Of a stretch of 64,000 nt of DNA, positions 27,554 through 40,197 are shown piece after piece. Under the pieces are notes generated by a model. It was not told the origin of the DNA. It did no database searches and worked only from the letters and a program-made list of their open reading frames with translations. Source of the stretch: Rhizodiscina lignyota (lineage: Eukaryota); assembly GCA_010015805.1 (NCBI GenBank), contig ML978124.1:434001-498000 (forward strand), read 5' to 3'. The stretch's first letter is position 1. Each line of letters opens with the position of its first letter. The translations under genes and the position numbers were made by a program.

Positions 27554-28184
27554 TCGCTATTTGTGCGAGTATTTCAGTGGGAGTTTATAGCTCGGAGGCG
27601 AACATGACGGCCTGGAAATCGAGGGAACAAGTCGTGGCTTTCATTTGCTGTCTTGTGCATCGCCGGGGCTGACACCCGTGAAGTGCAACAGTGAGATCCG
27701 CACACTCCTGTGGTCGCTCAATACCATGTCAACAATGCTCGCAATTATCAGAGCCCGGATGGAGGAGAGATAGAGGGAGAGGGAGAGGACGATCTGGTGA
27801 GTTTACATCCGAGGATACACAGGAGCAGCTCGCCAAGCATGATTTCGAAGATTTGTTCCTCGTTATCGCGGAAAAGAGACGTCGTTGTACGTTGTACGTC
27901 TCATACGCTCACGAGAGACTGCGCCCTTTTTTCAGGACTTATACAAAAGGTGAGTTGTGAAAATATGTAAAGATACTGTACAGTCAATTGTATGAAACTC
28001 GATGGTGTGAAGAGGGACCATTCGCAGAGACGCACCCCCACTGGGGCGGGTGCTTCGACAAGACTTCGAGGACAGCTTCCCACTATATCCAGACTAAAGC
28101 ATTCTCTCTCATTGGTGGTTTCTCTTCCATGATTGCTTTAGTAGACCCCCTGTCTCATTCATATCGTTTCAATTTCCCTTAGTA

Positions 28185-28627
28185 TTACACCCCGAATCCT
28201 CCACCTGCCGCAGATCTCCTCCCGGCTTCACCCTGCATCTTCTCCGAAACTTTCAGGTTGACTTCGAAGAACTTTGATACGCATCGATCGAGGCAGACTG
28301 ATTCGGCTTTGTTCAGGTCGGATTCCCGGTAGTCGTTTTGTATACATTTCTTCGCGCAGCTCTGCGTCAGTCTGGGGTTGAGCAAGAATGGTTAGTAAGG
28401 CTTCCTAAAGACACGACTGACGGGGAAGGATAGAAATGAAGTGAGACATCACAGAAGAAGCTCAGGGATGGACCGAGTGTTCAGTTAAGGAAGTTGCACG
28501 ATTGGGGAGCACGCGAGCGTCCGTACCTTGTGAACATGTCTGAAACCATCTCAATCTCAATTTCTGCTGCGGCAATCTTCTCTGCCGACGTAGGTTGCGG
28601 TCGCCCGCCGCCGAATAGGAAGGACAT
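28185..28627 (-). CDS. TIM10: Mitochondrial intermembrane-space chaperone Tim10
   Basis: [34 protein letters not shown] + LTQSCAKKC...[21 protein letters not shown] (twin CX3C). Intron 28372-28526. Confidence 0.96.
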
Positions 28628-29103
28628 GGTGGAAAGTTTCGAGTTGTGAGGGTGGGTAATGAGATAGGTTGATGATATTTGGAGCTCCGACGTCGAAAAG
28701 TCGCAGTAAGTACAAAATTTGAGCTCGGGGCACCATATGGTCAAAGCTTCGTCAACGCCGAAAAGTTCAAGACACCGACATCTCCCCCATGGCCATCCGT
28801 TACAAGCTCGCTCGGTCTGCGACGGCCAGTTTTCAACAATGGATTCAATATAGATTGGATTGGATGACTGATCAGGGCTTTTCTTTAGTGATCGATCGGC
28901 TGTCTCACTTTACTCGCGGTATGTTAAGATTGTTCTCTGGATACTCTTCATTCTCTTGCAATGATGATTTACTCAATAGAACCGTTGCGAATGACACTCT
29001 CATCAGTGCATGACTATTACCATATACCCAGTCTGATCTCCTCAATGCATCTACTCCGTTTTCAACCATTATGCTTTCAATATTCTAACACCAACCTTAT
29101 AGA

Positions 29104-30997
29104 ATGACTGTCCGCGTGCCGTGCTTCGTAGGACGCCATGTCTTCCAGGATTTGATACGAGCGCAACGTGGCTACTTTCGAAACTTCGCCGTCCATGCTA
29201 GACAAGCAGCTTCTAAGGGAGCTGTTGCTCAAGCACGTGGATCAGACTACGAAGATCGTGTCAGATCTCTTCAAGAACGAGGAGATCTAGACCGATGTTA
29301 TCCGTCATGGCCTCCATCAGAAGCGCGACGTAGATTGATATCGCTTCACAGTCTGCGGCAAAAGTTCGACAGGAGTCTGCAAGCAAATGGGATAGCGGAC
29401 GAGACCTTGCAAATACACGGTACGTATATATGAGGGCTTACTCCATCCGTAGCTGACGCGACGCAGGCCGGGTAGTTTCCCGGCGGATGGCAGGCTCAAA
29501 GTTAGTTTTCTACGATATCGAAGACACTGGAGAATCTCCACACCCGCGAATACAGATTATGTGCAATTACCGCTCCATGGCCGATCACGTCAAAGACCAA
29601 GACGATTTCAAAGCAACTTGTCAAATGTTGAGACCGGGAGATTATATAGGTGTGCACGCATGCTAGTCAGTACAGAAAACCGTTATTGACTCCATTACAG
29701 GTGTACTCGGTCGCCCAGAAAAGTCCTCTAAAGGGGAATTGAGAGTACTTGCGCAGGAGCTCCCGATGCTATTGTCCCCTTGTCTCCATCAACTTCCAGA
29801 TCAGATCACGGACGAAGAGACTGTATCTCGCCGTAGCCATTTGAGAATGAGGATGGACCCACAGTTTTTGCGAAACGTCAAGCTTCGATCCAAGGTTGAG
29901 GAGGAACTTGCCGTTTTACTCAAGCGAAGGGGCATGGTTCAAGTTCGCACGCCAATCCTGGCGAGCCATGCAAGTGGAGCAGCTGCAGAGCCATTTGAGA
30001 CAGGCTCAAAGGCCCTATCCGGGGAAAAGCTAGCATTGCGCATTGCACCTGAACTCTTTCTAAAACGACTTATGGTAGGAGGGATGACGAAGATCTTCGA
30101 AATTGGACCGGCTTTTCGAAACGAAGGTTAGTAATATTTGGAGTTCGTGTAAGATTTTGGTCGGACAGGGAGATCTGACATCACTAAGGAATCGATGCCC
30201 TTCACAATCCCGAATTTACAATCTGCGAATTCTATCTGGAAGCTGCAAGGTTGGACGATTTAATGCGGGATACGGAAAAGTTGTTTTCCGAGCTACAAGA
30301 CGAAATCTTCTCTTACTTGCAAAGGTCCGGAGCAGAGACACCTCACATGCCAAGCCTCCAAGGACAATATCCAGAGTTACACTTCTGTGCGACATTGGAG
30401 AGAGAGATAGCCAAGGCGATAAATGGCTACCGGCTCCCTGACCTCATGGATCCTACCGCTGCGGATGAACTCCGAGCTCTTTACGGCCGATTGAGTTTTG
30501 ATCTTCCGTCAGGTCCAACATTACCTCGGCTTCTCGACGACCTTTGCAAGCGCTTTATTGAGCCACTCTGCGAACGGCCGACTTGGATTACTCACCACCC
30601 TGCTGTGCTCTCGCCCCTTGCAAAATCTTTCGATTCAGAGGGACAGCGCATCTCGGCAAGGGCGGAGCTCTTCGTCAATGGCCAAGAGCTCGTAAACTGC
30701 TACGAAGAGGAAAATAGCCCCTTCAAACAAAGAAGCAAATTCCTCCAGCAGTTGAAGTTCCATGAGGAAGCCGGTGGTGGCGAAGAGATGCCCATTGGTG
30801 CTAGCAGCCGCTTCAAGTCTGGGATCGACGAGAGCTACATTGAAGCTTTGGAGTGGGGAATGCCGCCAACAGGGGGATGGGGATGTGGAATGGACAGACT
30901 GATCATGCTGTTTGCTGGCGCCACGAATATAAGGGACGTCCTACCTTTTGGAAACCTGAAGAATGTCGCTGCCATGGGGAAGCCGTGGAGGACATGA
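29104..30997 (+). CDS. MSK1: Lysyl-tRNA synthetase class II, mitochondrial
   Basis: Arg-rich presequence-like N-terminus, GAAAEPF, LRIAPELFLKRLMVGG...FEIGPAFRNEGIDALHNPEFT, GMPPTGGWGCGMDRL. Three introns. Confidence 0.93.
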
Positions 30998-31308
30998 TGA
31001 GTCGGCTGAGCTGGTCAATACAGTGGCGCTCCTACAGAGGCATGCGTGTACTATATTGTAAATTAGACGACAAAGCATCGAGAAATTGAATGTACATCAG
31101 ATTTCCGTCACCCCAAGATTTATCTAGTTTTCGCTCACGTGAAGACGCGTTCTCTGACTGACTCGCGCGATGTGGCTTCTTCGCCTCGTCTGAATCGCTA
31201 CCTGGCCATATTGTCCCGCAAACTGGCAACATCTTCGCACCAGGCCTTTGTCTCTCAAATGGCCGAATTGCCATCTCCCTTTGGATCTACACTCATTTCC
31301 CTTCAGTC

Positions 31309-32879
31309 ATGGACGCGAAATACAAGTCCCTTAAGGAGGACTTCGTCTCCAACCTATCCGGTGGCTCAGTATGGGAGATGAACCTAGTTACGCTGGTCGC
31401 TCCTGTACGTCTAATATCAACCCATAATTGAAAACGCTCTTTTTGCTAATGATCACACGATATCAGGCATCTGTTCTCTTATGGTCTGTGTTACAATCTC
31501 GCAAACGCGCGTTCACTCCTTACACAATCGAGGCATGTCTGACGGACTGCCTATTGAACTGCGGCGCAATTCTATTCGTCACAACGATATATTCGGGGTA
31601 CCCTGCTGCACTGAACGCGTTTCTGCTGTTACCAGCTCTCGTCACATATTTCTCCTCACCGGTCAAGTCGGAAGCAGGCAAACCCCGACCGACTCCAATT
31701 CGCACCGGAGATGGGAATGCAGAGAAGGATGAGACAGGAATTGAGAAAGCACCGGAGCAGCTACCGATGAAGCCATTCCTCACAGCATATCGGGGGTCAA
31801 TGTTGGTGGTGACCGCCGTTGGGATACTTGCTGTGGACTTCAAGGTCTTCCCAAGGCGCTTTGCGAAAGTTGAGAATTGGGGCACTTCGCTCATGGATAT
31901 GGGCGTGGGCTCGTTCGTCTTCTCTGGAGGACTTGTTTCTGCCAGATCCATACTGCGCGAGCAGTTATCAGGACGTAAGAGCAGTCTTTTGCAGAGGCTA
32001 CGAGCATCCTTATGGCATTCACTGCCTCTTCTGGTGCTGGGCGCAATACGACTGTTCAGCGTCAAAGGCCTAGACTATGCGGAGCACGTCTCAGAGTACG
32101 GCGTACATTGGAACTTTTTCTTCACGCTTGGCCTTCTACCCCCCTTCATGGCCCTGTTTCAATCAATGTTTGATATCCTACCGTCATACTCTGTCCTCGC
32201 GATCCTTGTTGCATGCGTATATCAAAGCGCACTCGACTCTACCGAACTCACAGCCTTCATACTCACAGCACCACGCACAGATCTCTTCTCTCAAAACAGA
32301 GAAGGTATCTTTTCCTTCGCTGGCTACCTCGCCATCTTCCTCGCTGGACTTGGAACCGGAATGTATGTCTTGCCGCGACGCGCTCCTCCTGTGCCCCCTT
32401 GGTTGCGCTGGTTGTTCCCTTTCGACTCTGTCTTCGGTCGTCTGGCCACATGGTCTATTTTCTGGACAATCCTCTTCTCAGCCTCGACTAGCTACGACCT
32501 TGGTGGCCTCGAAGTCTCACGCCGGCTCGCCAACCTCCCATACGTTCTCTGGGTCTCCGCATTCAACACTGCACAGCTTACTCTCTTTTGTGGCATCGAA
32601 GGCTCGTGCTTTCGGGATTTGCACAACTCCAAAATCAAAGATGCTGCGCTGGAAAGGAAGAAAGCGAAGGAAGCAACAAGCAGGGTGCTGTATGCATTTA
32701 ATCGAAATGGGTTAGCACTGTTTTTGCTGGCGAATCTGCTGACTGGGTTGGTCAACATGACTCTGCCGACGCTGCATATGGGAAATTTGCAGGCAATGGG
32801 CGTTCTGGTGGCCTATATGGGAGTCATGTCGGCAGTAGCTCTGGCATTGGATGCCTGGAACATTAGTGTAAAGATATAG
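31309..32879 (+). CDS. GWT1: GPI inositol acyltransferase Gwt1 (PIG-W)
   Basis: YKSLKEDFVSNLSGGS, AVDFKVFPRRFAKVENWGTSLMDMGVGSFVFS, HVSEYGVHWNFFFTL, NREGIFS, SRRLANLPYVLW, NRNGLALFLLANLLTGLVN. One intron near 31405-31466. Confidence 0.97.
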
Positions 32880-33119
32880 GCAATTGCATGCGCATTATCG
32901 AAATATTTAATGAGTTCACGATCATTGATGTGAGAACATTCCGCTTTGAGCTTGGGCATGGCTTCCGATGTTCTAATCTCACTTTCCCCACGAGGTCTTC
33001 AACCATGAACTCTCAGCCTCGCAACTGCCAACTCGTCTGGAATACAGTTTTGTGCTCTTCCACCTGAATAACCAACAAATAATCTTGAAACTGATATTTC
33101 GATATCGTTTGTGGGCGCC

Positions 33120-33208
33120 TGACGTCACCAAATCCCCACTTTGCGAATCTGACCATCGGCGCCACTACTCACGCATTAAACGCGTCGATATTCTGTGATC
33201 GGACGCGT
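33120..33208 (+). promoter_or_regulatory. Two MCB-type boxes (ACGCGT at 33180 and 33203) plus a CRE (TGACGTCA at 33120) upstream of the Sfr1/Mei5 gene
   Basis: Exact motifs within 120 bp of the ATG at 33236. MCB boxes are typical of MBF-regulated DNA replication/repair genes. Confidence 0.45.
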
Positions 33209-33235
33209 CAATCGCATCACCATATATCCTCAAAT

Positions 33236-34239
33236 ATGTCACAAGAACCAAGTCAAGCTTCCGCGACCGCGACTCCCCCGAACCCCAAGCGTCGCCGTCT
33301 GAATGGCTACGCGACGTCGAGCGCACTATCGAAGCCGTTTCGGAGCCCGTTCCGTACGCCGCTGAAGCAGACACAAGATGGATCGGCGGCCAAGTCACAG
33401 ACTCCAGCGCAGCAGTATGCCGAAAATAATAGAGTTCAAGAGCAAGTCACAAGGGGAAGCGCTGCAAAGTCCATGCCAACATTCGCAAGACCGTCGAACC
33501 AAAACCACATCCGAACGCCGCTCCATACCTCCTCTCCACTATCAAAGGCGCCTGCTACAGCGGATCCTCAAACAATTGCGGCGCTCCGTGTGGCTCAACG
33601 TCAGATGACTACTCTGACCACCTCAATCGCTTCCGCAAAGCGTGATATCGATGCTCTGAAGCAAGCCATATCCCTCTCGACGAGCACGCGAGATGAAGAG
33701 CTGGAAGAGCTGATTGACAAATGGAGAAGTGCAGCTAGAGCCGCGGCTGAAGAAGTCTTTAGCGGATGTAGGGACAAGGTGAATAGGATGGGCGGCGTCG
33801 GCGCATGGAGGGAGAAGGAGAAAGAACAGAGGGAGTGGCAGAAGGGTTGGGATCAGCAGAATGACGCTGATGCAGCTGCAGCTGCAGCTGGTGAGGACGA
33901 TGAGGACGATGATGAAGATGTGGAAGGCGAAGATGCTGAGAGCAGAGAGGAAAGGAAGATGAAGAAAGAGATGCAGAGGGAGTTCCAGAAGCAGAGGCGG
34001 GAGGAGATGGAAGGCGACAAGGAGGAGATTGAGCTGGATGCTGAGCAAGTGAAAGAAGATGAGGAGCTTTGGAAAGGTGCTGATGATGATGTAAGTCTGC
34101 CTATGTCTAATTTTGTCTTGGAGATGCCCCGACTGATAGCCTCTTCTAGAGTTTTACAATGGGCATGATGCTGCGGACATTGAAAGTTGATTTAGACGTT
34201 ATTGGTTATGATAAAGTAAGACAAGCGTGGGTGGGCTGA
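33236..34239 (+). CDS. SFR1: Swi5-dependent recombination protein Sfr1/Mei5 (Dds20) family
   Basis: LSKPFRSPFRTP, ELEELIDKWRSAARAAAEEVF...VNRMGGVGAW, last exon SFTMGMMLRTLKVDLDVIGYD...WVG*. Intron 34091-34149. Confidence 0.88.
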
Positions 34240-34669
34240 TGCATATGAACAGCGGCCTGCATTCTGGCCACTTCGCTTTGCTATGTCTTGCTGTATAGTC
34301 ATGTGGAAGACTTATGGGTGGAATTCACAGTGTTGAATTCGTCATATATATGTACTACCGAAGTCATAAAGGTAGACCATAACACGAAAGAGCCCTCAGC
34401 TAGCTAAGCAAGTTGCAAGAAAGGTATCCGAAGTAAGACTGCATGATGAACGAGTGTTGACGACACTGACCGAACACACCTGCTGCGCCTTGCATGAAAA
34501 GACCGAGAAATCATAATGTCATTTGCTTCGTAGCCATCGCACCCGTCAGAGAATACATTTCCAGCATGTAATCTCTCTGGATTCAGTCTGTACATCCATC
34601 GTGCGCCCAATCAGGTAGTTAGAGAAAGAAGTGAGAAGGTATGCGTGCATGTCACGCCGACGATGTCTC

Positions 34670-36073
34670 TCAGCCCGCAATATACTTCCGGATTTTCTCA
34701 TACTGCTGAATCTCTTCAGTGGTCGGCCTTCTTTCAGGACCTTGATAGCGGATCGGGTCCTGTCCAGCACATCGCCTCAAGTGAAAACGATGTGTTTGCT
34801 TTTCCGCATCGAGTACCTGGTACGAAAGCACGTCATACAGACCGTCGTATCTTAGGCCTCTTTCCGGACGGTAAAAGCTCTTCACAGAAGACAAGTTGTG
34901 ACTCCGGATAACTCGGACCGGATGCTTCGTGATCGTACCGTTCTCGTCAACTCCGGTAGCTGACTCGATCATCCGTTTGGTATTTTCTGTCATTTGAAAA
35001 TCTGCACCATCTGTGCCTGAGTACCAAATCTCATCTCCATCGTCCCGATCTTGATAGCCAGTGCCGCCGCTTAGTACAATGGAGTATGCACCTTTCCCGG
35101 AAGAACCAAAGATACCTCCTTGCGCAGCTCCATGTGCACCATCACGAACGGTGCACAATTGTGTTGGCCACCATTGGCCGTTTAAGAGGTTTCCTCCGCC
35201 GTAATACTGCGGATGCTCTCTGTTTGGGTAATCTTTTTTGATCCTGTCTGCGTTTCTTTTCTCGAAGTTGTGCTTACTAACCTTTCTACCAAGCTCAATT
35301 CCATCGAGAGGATCAGTATTGAATTTTGCTGCCGCCCACTTGTTGTACAGTTCACGCGCGTCTGCACGAATATCCCATGGGAAAGGCGTTTCTGACAAAT
35401 TCGCATCGAAAATTTGGGGCAGACCGGTAGTCTCGCTCAGCATGCGCACCTTCTTTAAGGACACGGGCCAAGATTTGTGGCCTTTATCGCCCATGTCCAA
35501 GCTGAAGAACATGATCGCGTGCAGCTCGTCTCGTAATTGGTTGAAAGTGTCCGGTGTCGCTTTCTGCGGGTCTTGACATGTCTCAATCAGACGCGGGATT
35601 CTGCTCAGACGGGTCGTGAGTGCCCGAAGCTCAAGCTTCTGTGTGAGCCTGTGCTTCAGATCGAGTTCGCGATACCATTGTGGCAACGTCCGGTTTGCCT
35701 CAGTGCTCTGAGGGGGACTTCTCGGGCCATCGATCGTCGCTTCTCTTGAAGCGCCATCTTCCAGGGGTACAGGTTCAGATGTCTTCGGCTTTTTTGTTAT
35801 TTTCAAACTCGATAGGTCCATGGGCCTTGGATTCTCTCTCGGCGTCGCAACAGATGCTGGTGTTCTCTCCTGTGGACTCTGCTCACGGCCCCGCTTAGCT
35901 CTGTTGGGTTGTGGCTCGGTAGCACCATGGTTCTCCCTCTCCTTCATCTGCTCCTGCCTCGCAATGGTCCTTTGCCTCTCTTCATATTCTTCCATCAACT
36001 TCTTCCGCCCAGCTTCATAGCGAGCTTCGAACTCCTCCCATTGTTTTTGCTTGATGGGATCGTCTTCATACAT
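34670..36073 (-). CDS. SRA/YDG-domain protein (5' end may extend via an upstream exon)
   Basis: GQWWPTQLCTVRDGAHGAAQGGIFG, GAYSIVLSGG..YQDRDDGDEIWYSGT, PVRVIRS, GLRYDGLYDV, FHLRRCAGQDPI. Confidence 0.9.
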   Translation of the reverse strand: MYEDDPIKQKQWEEFEARYEAGRKKLMEEYEERQRTIARQEQMKERENHGATEPQPNRAKRGREQSPQERTPASVATPRENPRPMDLSSLKITKKPKTSEPVPLEDGASREATIDGPRSPPQSTEANRTLPQWYRELDLKHRLTQKLELRALTTRLSRIPRLIETCQDPQKATPDTFNQLRDELHAIMFFSLDMGDKGHKSWPVSLKKVRMLSETTGLPQIFDANLSETPFPWDIRADARELYNKWAAAKFNTDPLDGIELGRKVSKHNFEKRNADRIKKDYPNREHPQYYGGGNLLNGQWWPTQLCTVRDGAHGAAQGGIFGSSGKGAYSIVLSGGTGYQDRDDGDEIWYSGTDGADFQMTENTKRMIESATGVDENGTITKHPVRVIRSHNLSSVKSFYRPERGLRYDGLYDVLSYQVLDAEKQTHRFHLRRCAGQDPIRYQGPERRPTTEEIQQYEKIRKYIAG

Positions 36074-37009
36074 AATGTGTATAGCTTTGGTGCTTCTGAG
36101 TTTATAAGTTAGTGGAGGTTTATGTAAAAGTAAATCGAATTCAGAGTCTTCCTTGAGATAAGTCCGACAACATCAATCCTTGAGGAACTTCGGTCCCGGA
36201 ATGTGCAAGCAGTCTCGGAGAATGAGAGGGGATTTAAGTTCATACCTTGACTTGAAGTGCCTTTCTAATCGGCGTGTTCCAGAGGTGTTTTGGCGTCAAG
36301 TTGCAATGCCGGGATAGGTCGAAGAACTTCAGAGTCGCGTGGTACACACGTACGTCGGTTGCTATCCACAACAAAGCTGCAACCTGATGCAACGCTTGGT
36401 GGGTGTTGTGACGTAATCGTGCCTATCCACTCGTCAAAATTTGGGCCAAGAGAAAAATAAGAGAGAAGAAAAGGAGGGTGTTGTTAATGTTATAAACTTA
36501 TGAATCGGACATCTGTTGCTCGTGCTATTGCTCTTCATACTCTGAATCGCGTGAAGAAAAGGTGTAAAAGAGTTGATATGTGATAAAACACATTACAAAA
36601 TGTCTTCTATAGAGTGCACGGAGGCAGGTTTAAAGCAGTAATGTATTGGGAAGTTTCATACTTGAGATTTAGGAAATTCACTTACCAACTTGAGTGCCGG
36701 TACCGAGAGCTATGTGCCAATTTCCTGACGAAGAAAAGCAGGCTGGCATTGGCCAGCCAAGCCGACCAAGATGTTGATGAGTTGAACTTTGGAATCAAAA
36801 AAAGTCCTTGTTGATGTGAGAAAGTTCGTGTGAGTTGATCAAGAGATCCAGACTTCTTAACACGCAATACTAGCGCTTCCTAATCGGGTTAGGGTAGGAT
36901 AGGATAAGCGGCTTTAGGCAGCCACGGCAGCGTCCCTTATTGCAGGTGGTTGCGAACGCGTTTTCGGTATAATATACTGCTGATGTGAAAGAAAGAGAAG
37001 GGGATTCCG

Positions 37010-37789
37010 TCACCGGAGCCCTCCCTTTAAAAACTCTTCGGCTACTTCAACGGCCGCCTTCGCTCCAACGAACTGTAACTGGGGCCCAATGCTGCATCTT
37101 GAGACGCCAATTCCTGCCAGGTCTTTCACAGTTAAGCCACCCTTTGCCAACTTGACGCTGACATTCAATTGCCCATTGAACGCCTCTGTGAGCTCCATAA
37201 CCTCAACCGTGGTGATGCCGCCTCTCTCGCTACCGCCCAAGACGAACACATTGAAAGCCCCAGCATCTAGATAAGCCTTCCCCCTCGTGATCGCATCCTC
37301 AATCGTTCCGCCATGCATCAGCGTGTCTGTTCGCGCGTTGACAACAAAGTCCGGCACACCGCTCGATACTGATGCTCTGACTGCCCGTCGAATGCGCGAT
37401 GCTGCTTCGTCAATACTGTACAGCTTAGACGTCTGGGTATCAGCGTCGTCGAGATTGATGCCCACGGCGCCCAAGTCGATGATCTGCTTCATACCCTGCT
37501 CCAGCTGGTCTCCGTAGCCCGAACCAAATTCTATGCTGAGTGGTAAGTTGAAGTCACGCGCGATTCTGGCGACTACACGGCCCGCACGCAAGTTGGTGTC
37601 CATATCCAATCGATCAGGGGAGAGGCCTTGTGCCGCAGCCACTGAAGATAGAGATGTTGCCAGAGCTTGGCACGACCCAATTGATGCGATAGCTCGTGCA
37701 GTGATGCCGTCGTAGACATTCGCTAGCAAGAGAGGTTGGCCAGGTTTGTGTAGGTCGCGGAAAGACTGAGCAAGCTCGTTGAGAGCCAT
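37010..37789 (-). CDS. Isocitrate lyase/PEP mutase superfamily protein
   Basis: FRDLHKPGQPLLLANVYD, ALATS, GYG, GAVGINLDD, FVVNARTD, AITRGKAYLDAGA, GVSRCSIGP. Intronless. Confidence 0.88.
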   Translation of the reverse strand: MALNELAQSFRDLHKPGQPLLLANVYDGITARAIASIGSCQALATSLSSVAAAQGLSPDRLDMDTNLRAGRVVARIARDFNLPLSIEFGSGYGDQLEQGMKQIIDLGAVGINLDDADTQTSKLYSIDEAASRIRRAVRASVSSGVPDFVVNARTDTLMHGGTIEDAITRGKAYLDAGAFNVFVLGGSERGGITTVEVMELTEAFNGQLNVSVKLAKGGLTVKDLAGIGVSRCSIGPQLQFVGAKAAVEVAEEFLKGGLR

Positions 37790-38587
37790 TGTACGGAATG
37801 CTCTAGCCGGTCCGGAAAACAGACCCGCTGATCAGTAATAAAAGAGGTTTAAATGATAAGAAAGCAGCAGCAAGGATACAGAAGACGTTTACACGAAGCG
37901 TGCGTGTTGTGGAGCGCGTTGGTCAAAAGAATCGTGTTCGTATGAGTGACCCAGAGACCACAGAAGGTTTGTGCAGAAGAAATATAGAAGATACCTTATT
38001 AGTCAGTTGCTACAAACGCCAATTAGTTTCGGAAGCTAGCCGGAATTTTCATGTGAGAGCTAATATTATGTGCATATTAAAAAAAAAGTGGCCATTCTGC
38101 TAAGTAATCCGTGGCATCGTAAGATCCATGCGTGGTATATACCCAAGATGGAAGGTGATCATTAATGCATCTTTTCAACCACCAAAATTGATGTTTTTTA
38201 TAATAGCGAATCCAAATGTGAATCTTCTTTAACTGTCAGCTACCTCGCTCTATGTAGCATGTGGACCGGTATCGTAACTTCCTGAAGACAGACGCAGGGC
38301 ACCATGATTTCTGCATGTCCAGGTCGCGGAACGGGATGAAAGTAAGGAATATTGAAGGTACATTGAACCGGTTTCTCCTTCCAAACCTTTGTACGTTCAA
38401 TGTTGTCGAGATGTACGGTCATTCTTTCTCAGTCTCGTCGTACGCAGTCTGTTTCGTTCAATGATAAACCGTTTCGTCCAATACACAATCTCCAAACTGC
38501 AAAGAAACATACACTGCATACTTGCGCCTTCAGCTACTTTGCAAGGATTTTCAAAGACATACTTTCTCTAAGAAATCATCTTCGAAA

Positions 38588-38977
38588 ATGGCCAAATTAT
38601 CGACGTCTCAAACGTCAGCTTCAACGCCTCCAACAAGCCGGTTTCCTCAAGATACTCCATCCAACTCTCAGGCGCCGCTTTTATGCATTCCACCAATACG
38701 CGTTGATCATCCGCAAGAAATCACGATTGATATACCAGACTTCCAGAGCTCAAAAGCCGGTGTGGATTTTGACACCGAAGCGCAGACTTTGACACTCGAT
38801 CAGAATGAGGAAGACGATGAGACAACATCTACAATGGACTCCGAGCTATCAGAACTCTTCTCCGTATTACGCGATTTGTCAATGGTCTTTCTGGCTGTAC
38901 TGATGTGCCTGGGTTTGGCATTGCTGATGGTTTTGCGATACTGGATGGGAAGAGATGGAGTCTTTCTGGGTTCATGA
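38588..38977 (+). CDS. Hypothetical small tail-anchored membrane protein
   Basis: ATG in AAAATGG context; Ser/Thr/Pro-rich then acidic region; C-terminal hydrophobic helix LSMVFLAVLMCLGLALLMVLRYW. Confidence 0.55.
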   Translation: MAKLSTSQTSASTPPTSRFPQDTPSNSQAPLLCIPPIRVDHPQEITIDIPDFQSSKAGVDFDTEAQTLTLDQNEEDDETTSTMDSELSELFSVLRDLSMVFLAVLMCLGLALLMVLRYWMGRDGVFLGS

Positions 38978-39291
38978 GCAAAGTTCAAATTTTGGGGTTT
39001 GGACTCAATGTTGGTATGGCGCTTCTGAAGGAGGAAGATGGACATTGAGGTGGATCCTGTCCGAATGAAGATGGGAACGCTTTGCAGAGATAAGAGGACA
39101 GCACGAATGAGGAAAGGAGGATCGTTCGGAAATTCCTTGGGTTAGAAAATTTGAATAGATGATGAGTTTGGTCAAAATAGGAGTTCAAATGATAGAAGTA
39201 GAGTCCAGTGCTGCCATCCCAAATGTGGTATCGTTCCCAATTTACGCCGTAATACAATTCAGTACCTCACTGTTCATTTGAGGAATTATGT

Positions 39292-40197
39292 CTACAGTCC
39301 CCAGACGGCGAACAACACTGTGGCCACCATGATCCAATACCCAGACATCTCCGCAACAGTCTTGATGGCGCCGCTTGTAGTGCTGGATGACGCTGTTCCC
39401 TTGGGTAGCGTCCCATTGATCACAATCTTATTGCTGCCATTCGCGTCCGCCACATTGACCAATGACTTGTTCAGCGCCGCATAGCTCCCATTGCCAATTA
39501 TCGAATTCAAGTAGGTGCTGTTCGTATTGTCATCGCATCCACAATCCTGATTCTTCGCGCACAGACACTCCACATCCTTTGTCTGATTTACACCGTTGGG
39601 GAACGTCGAGTTTCTCGCGGACTCGTTGTGGAAAGTATAGGGATGGCTATACGGGTAGGAAAAGGCGCCGGCAGCCCAGATGCCAGGGAAGATGAGGAAG
39701 GGCGTCGCAAGGAAGATGGGATTAATTCCGCGCGGTGATCGGCCACCTGCAGCATAGGCAGTCGTCGCACCTCCGCCATAATAGCGTCCGCCAGCGAATG
39801 AAGGGCGAATGCCGGTTGTGCCGCCTACCGCAGCTCCGCCAGAGGAACCGGTACCGCGACCTGGAGTATGTCAGTGAGTAACTGAAGAGTTAGCGCTCAA
39901 GGAGGACGTACTCCCTGATGAAGAGGAGCCTCCTGAAGAGGAGCCTCCAGATGACGAGGAACCTCCAGATGATGATGAGCCTCCAGATGATGAAGAGCCT
40001 CCACTGCTTGTTCCGCCGCCACCCTTACCCCCTCCACCTTTGCGCTTGAACAGATCATTCAGGGATTCGACGGGCGCGTCGACAATTGAAGGCGCATAGT
40101 CACGGATAGCTATATCATTGACTTCGGCAGGGATGGAAAAGGTAGAGGATAGCGATGCGCTCGCGAGCGCGATTATTAATGTGTGGAAAATCTTCAT
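39292..40197 (-). CDS. Secreted Gly/Ser-rich, probably GPI-anchored or C-terminally anchored protein
   Basis: Signal peptide, KR Kex2-like site, (GGSSSS)n tract, GGRYYGGGATTAYAAGGRSP, CLC...CGCDD, INGTLP, hydrophobic C-terminus. Intron 39861-39911. Confidence 0.85.

Noticed and set aside
36886..36908. Telomere-like GGGTTAGGGTAGGATAGGATAAG
   Set aside because: Only one full TTAGGG unit; too short for an interstitial telomere.
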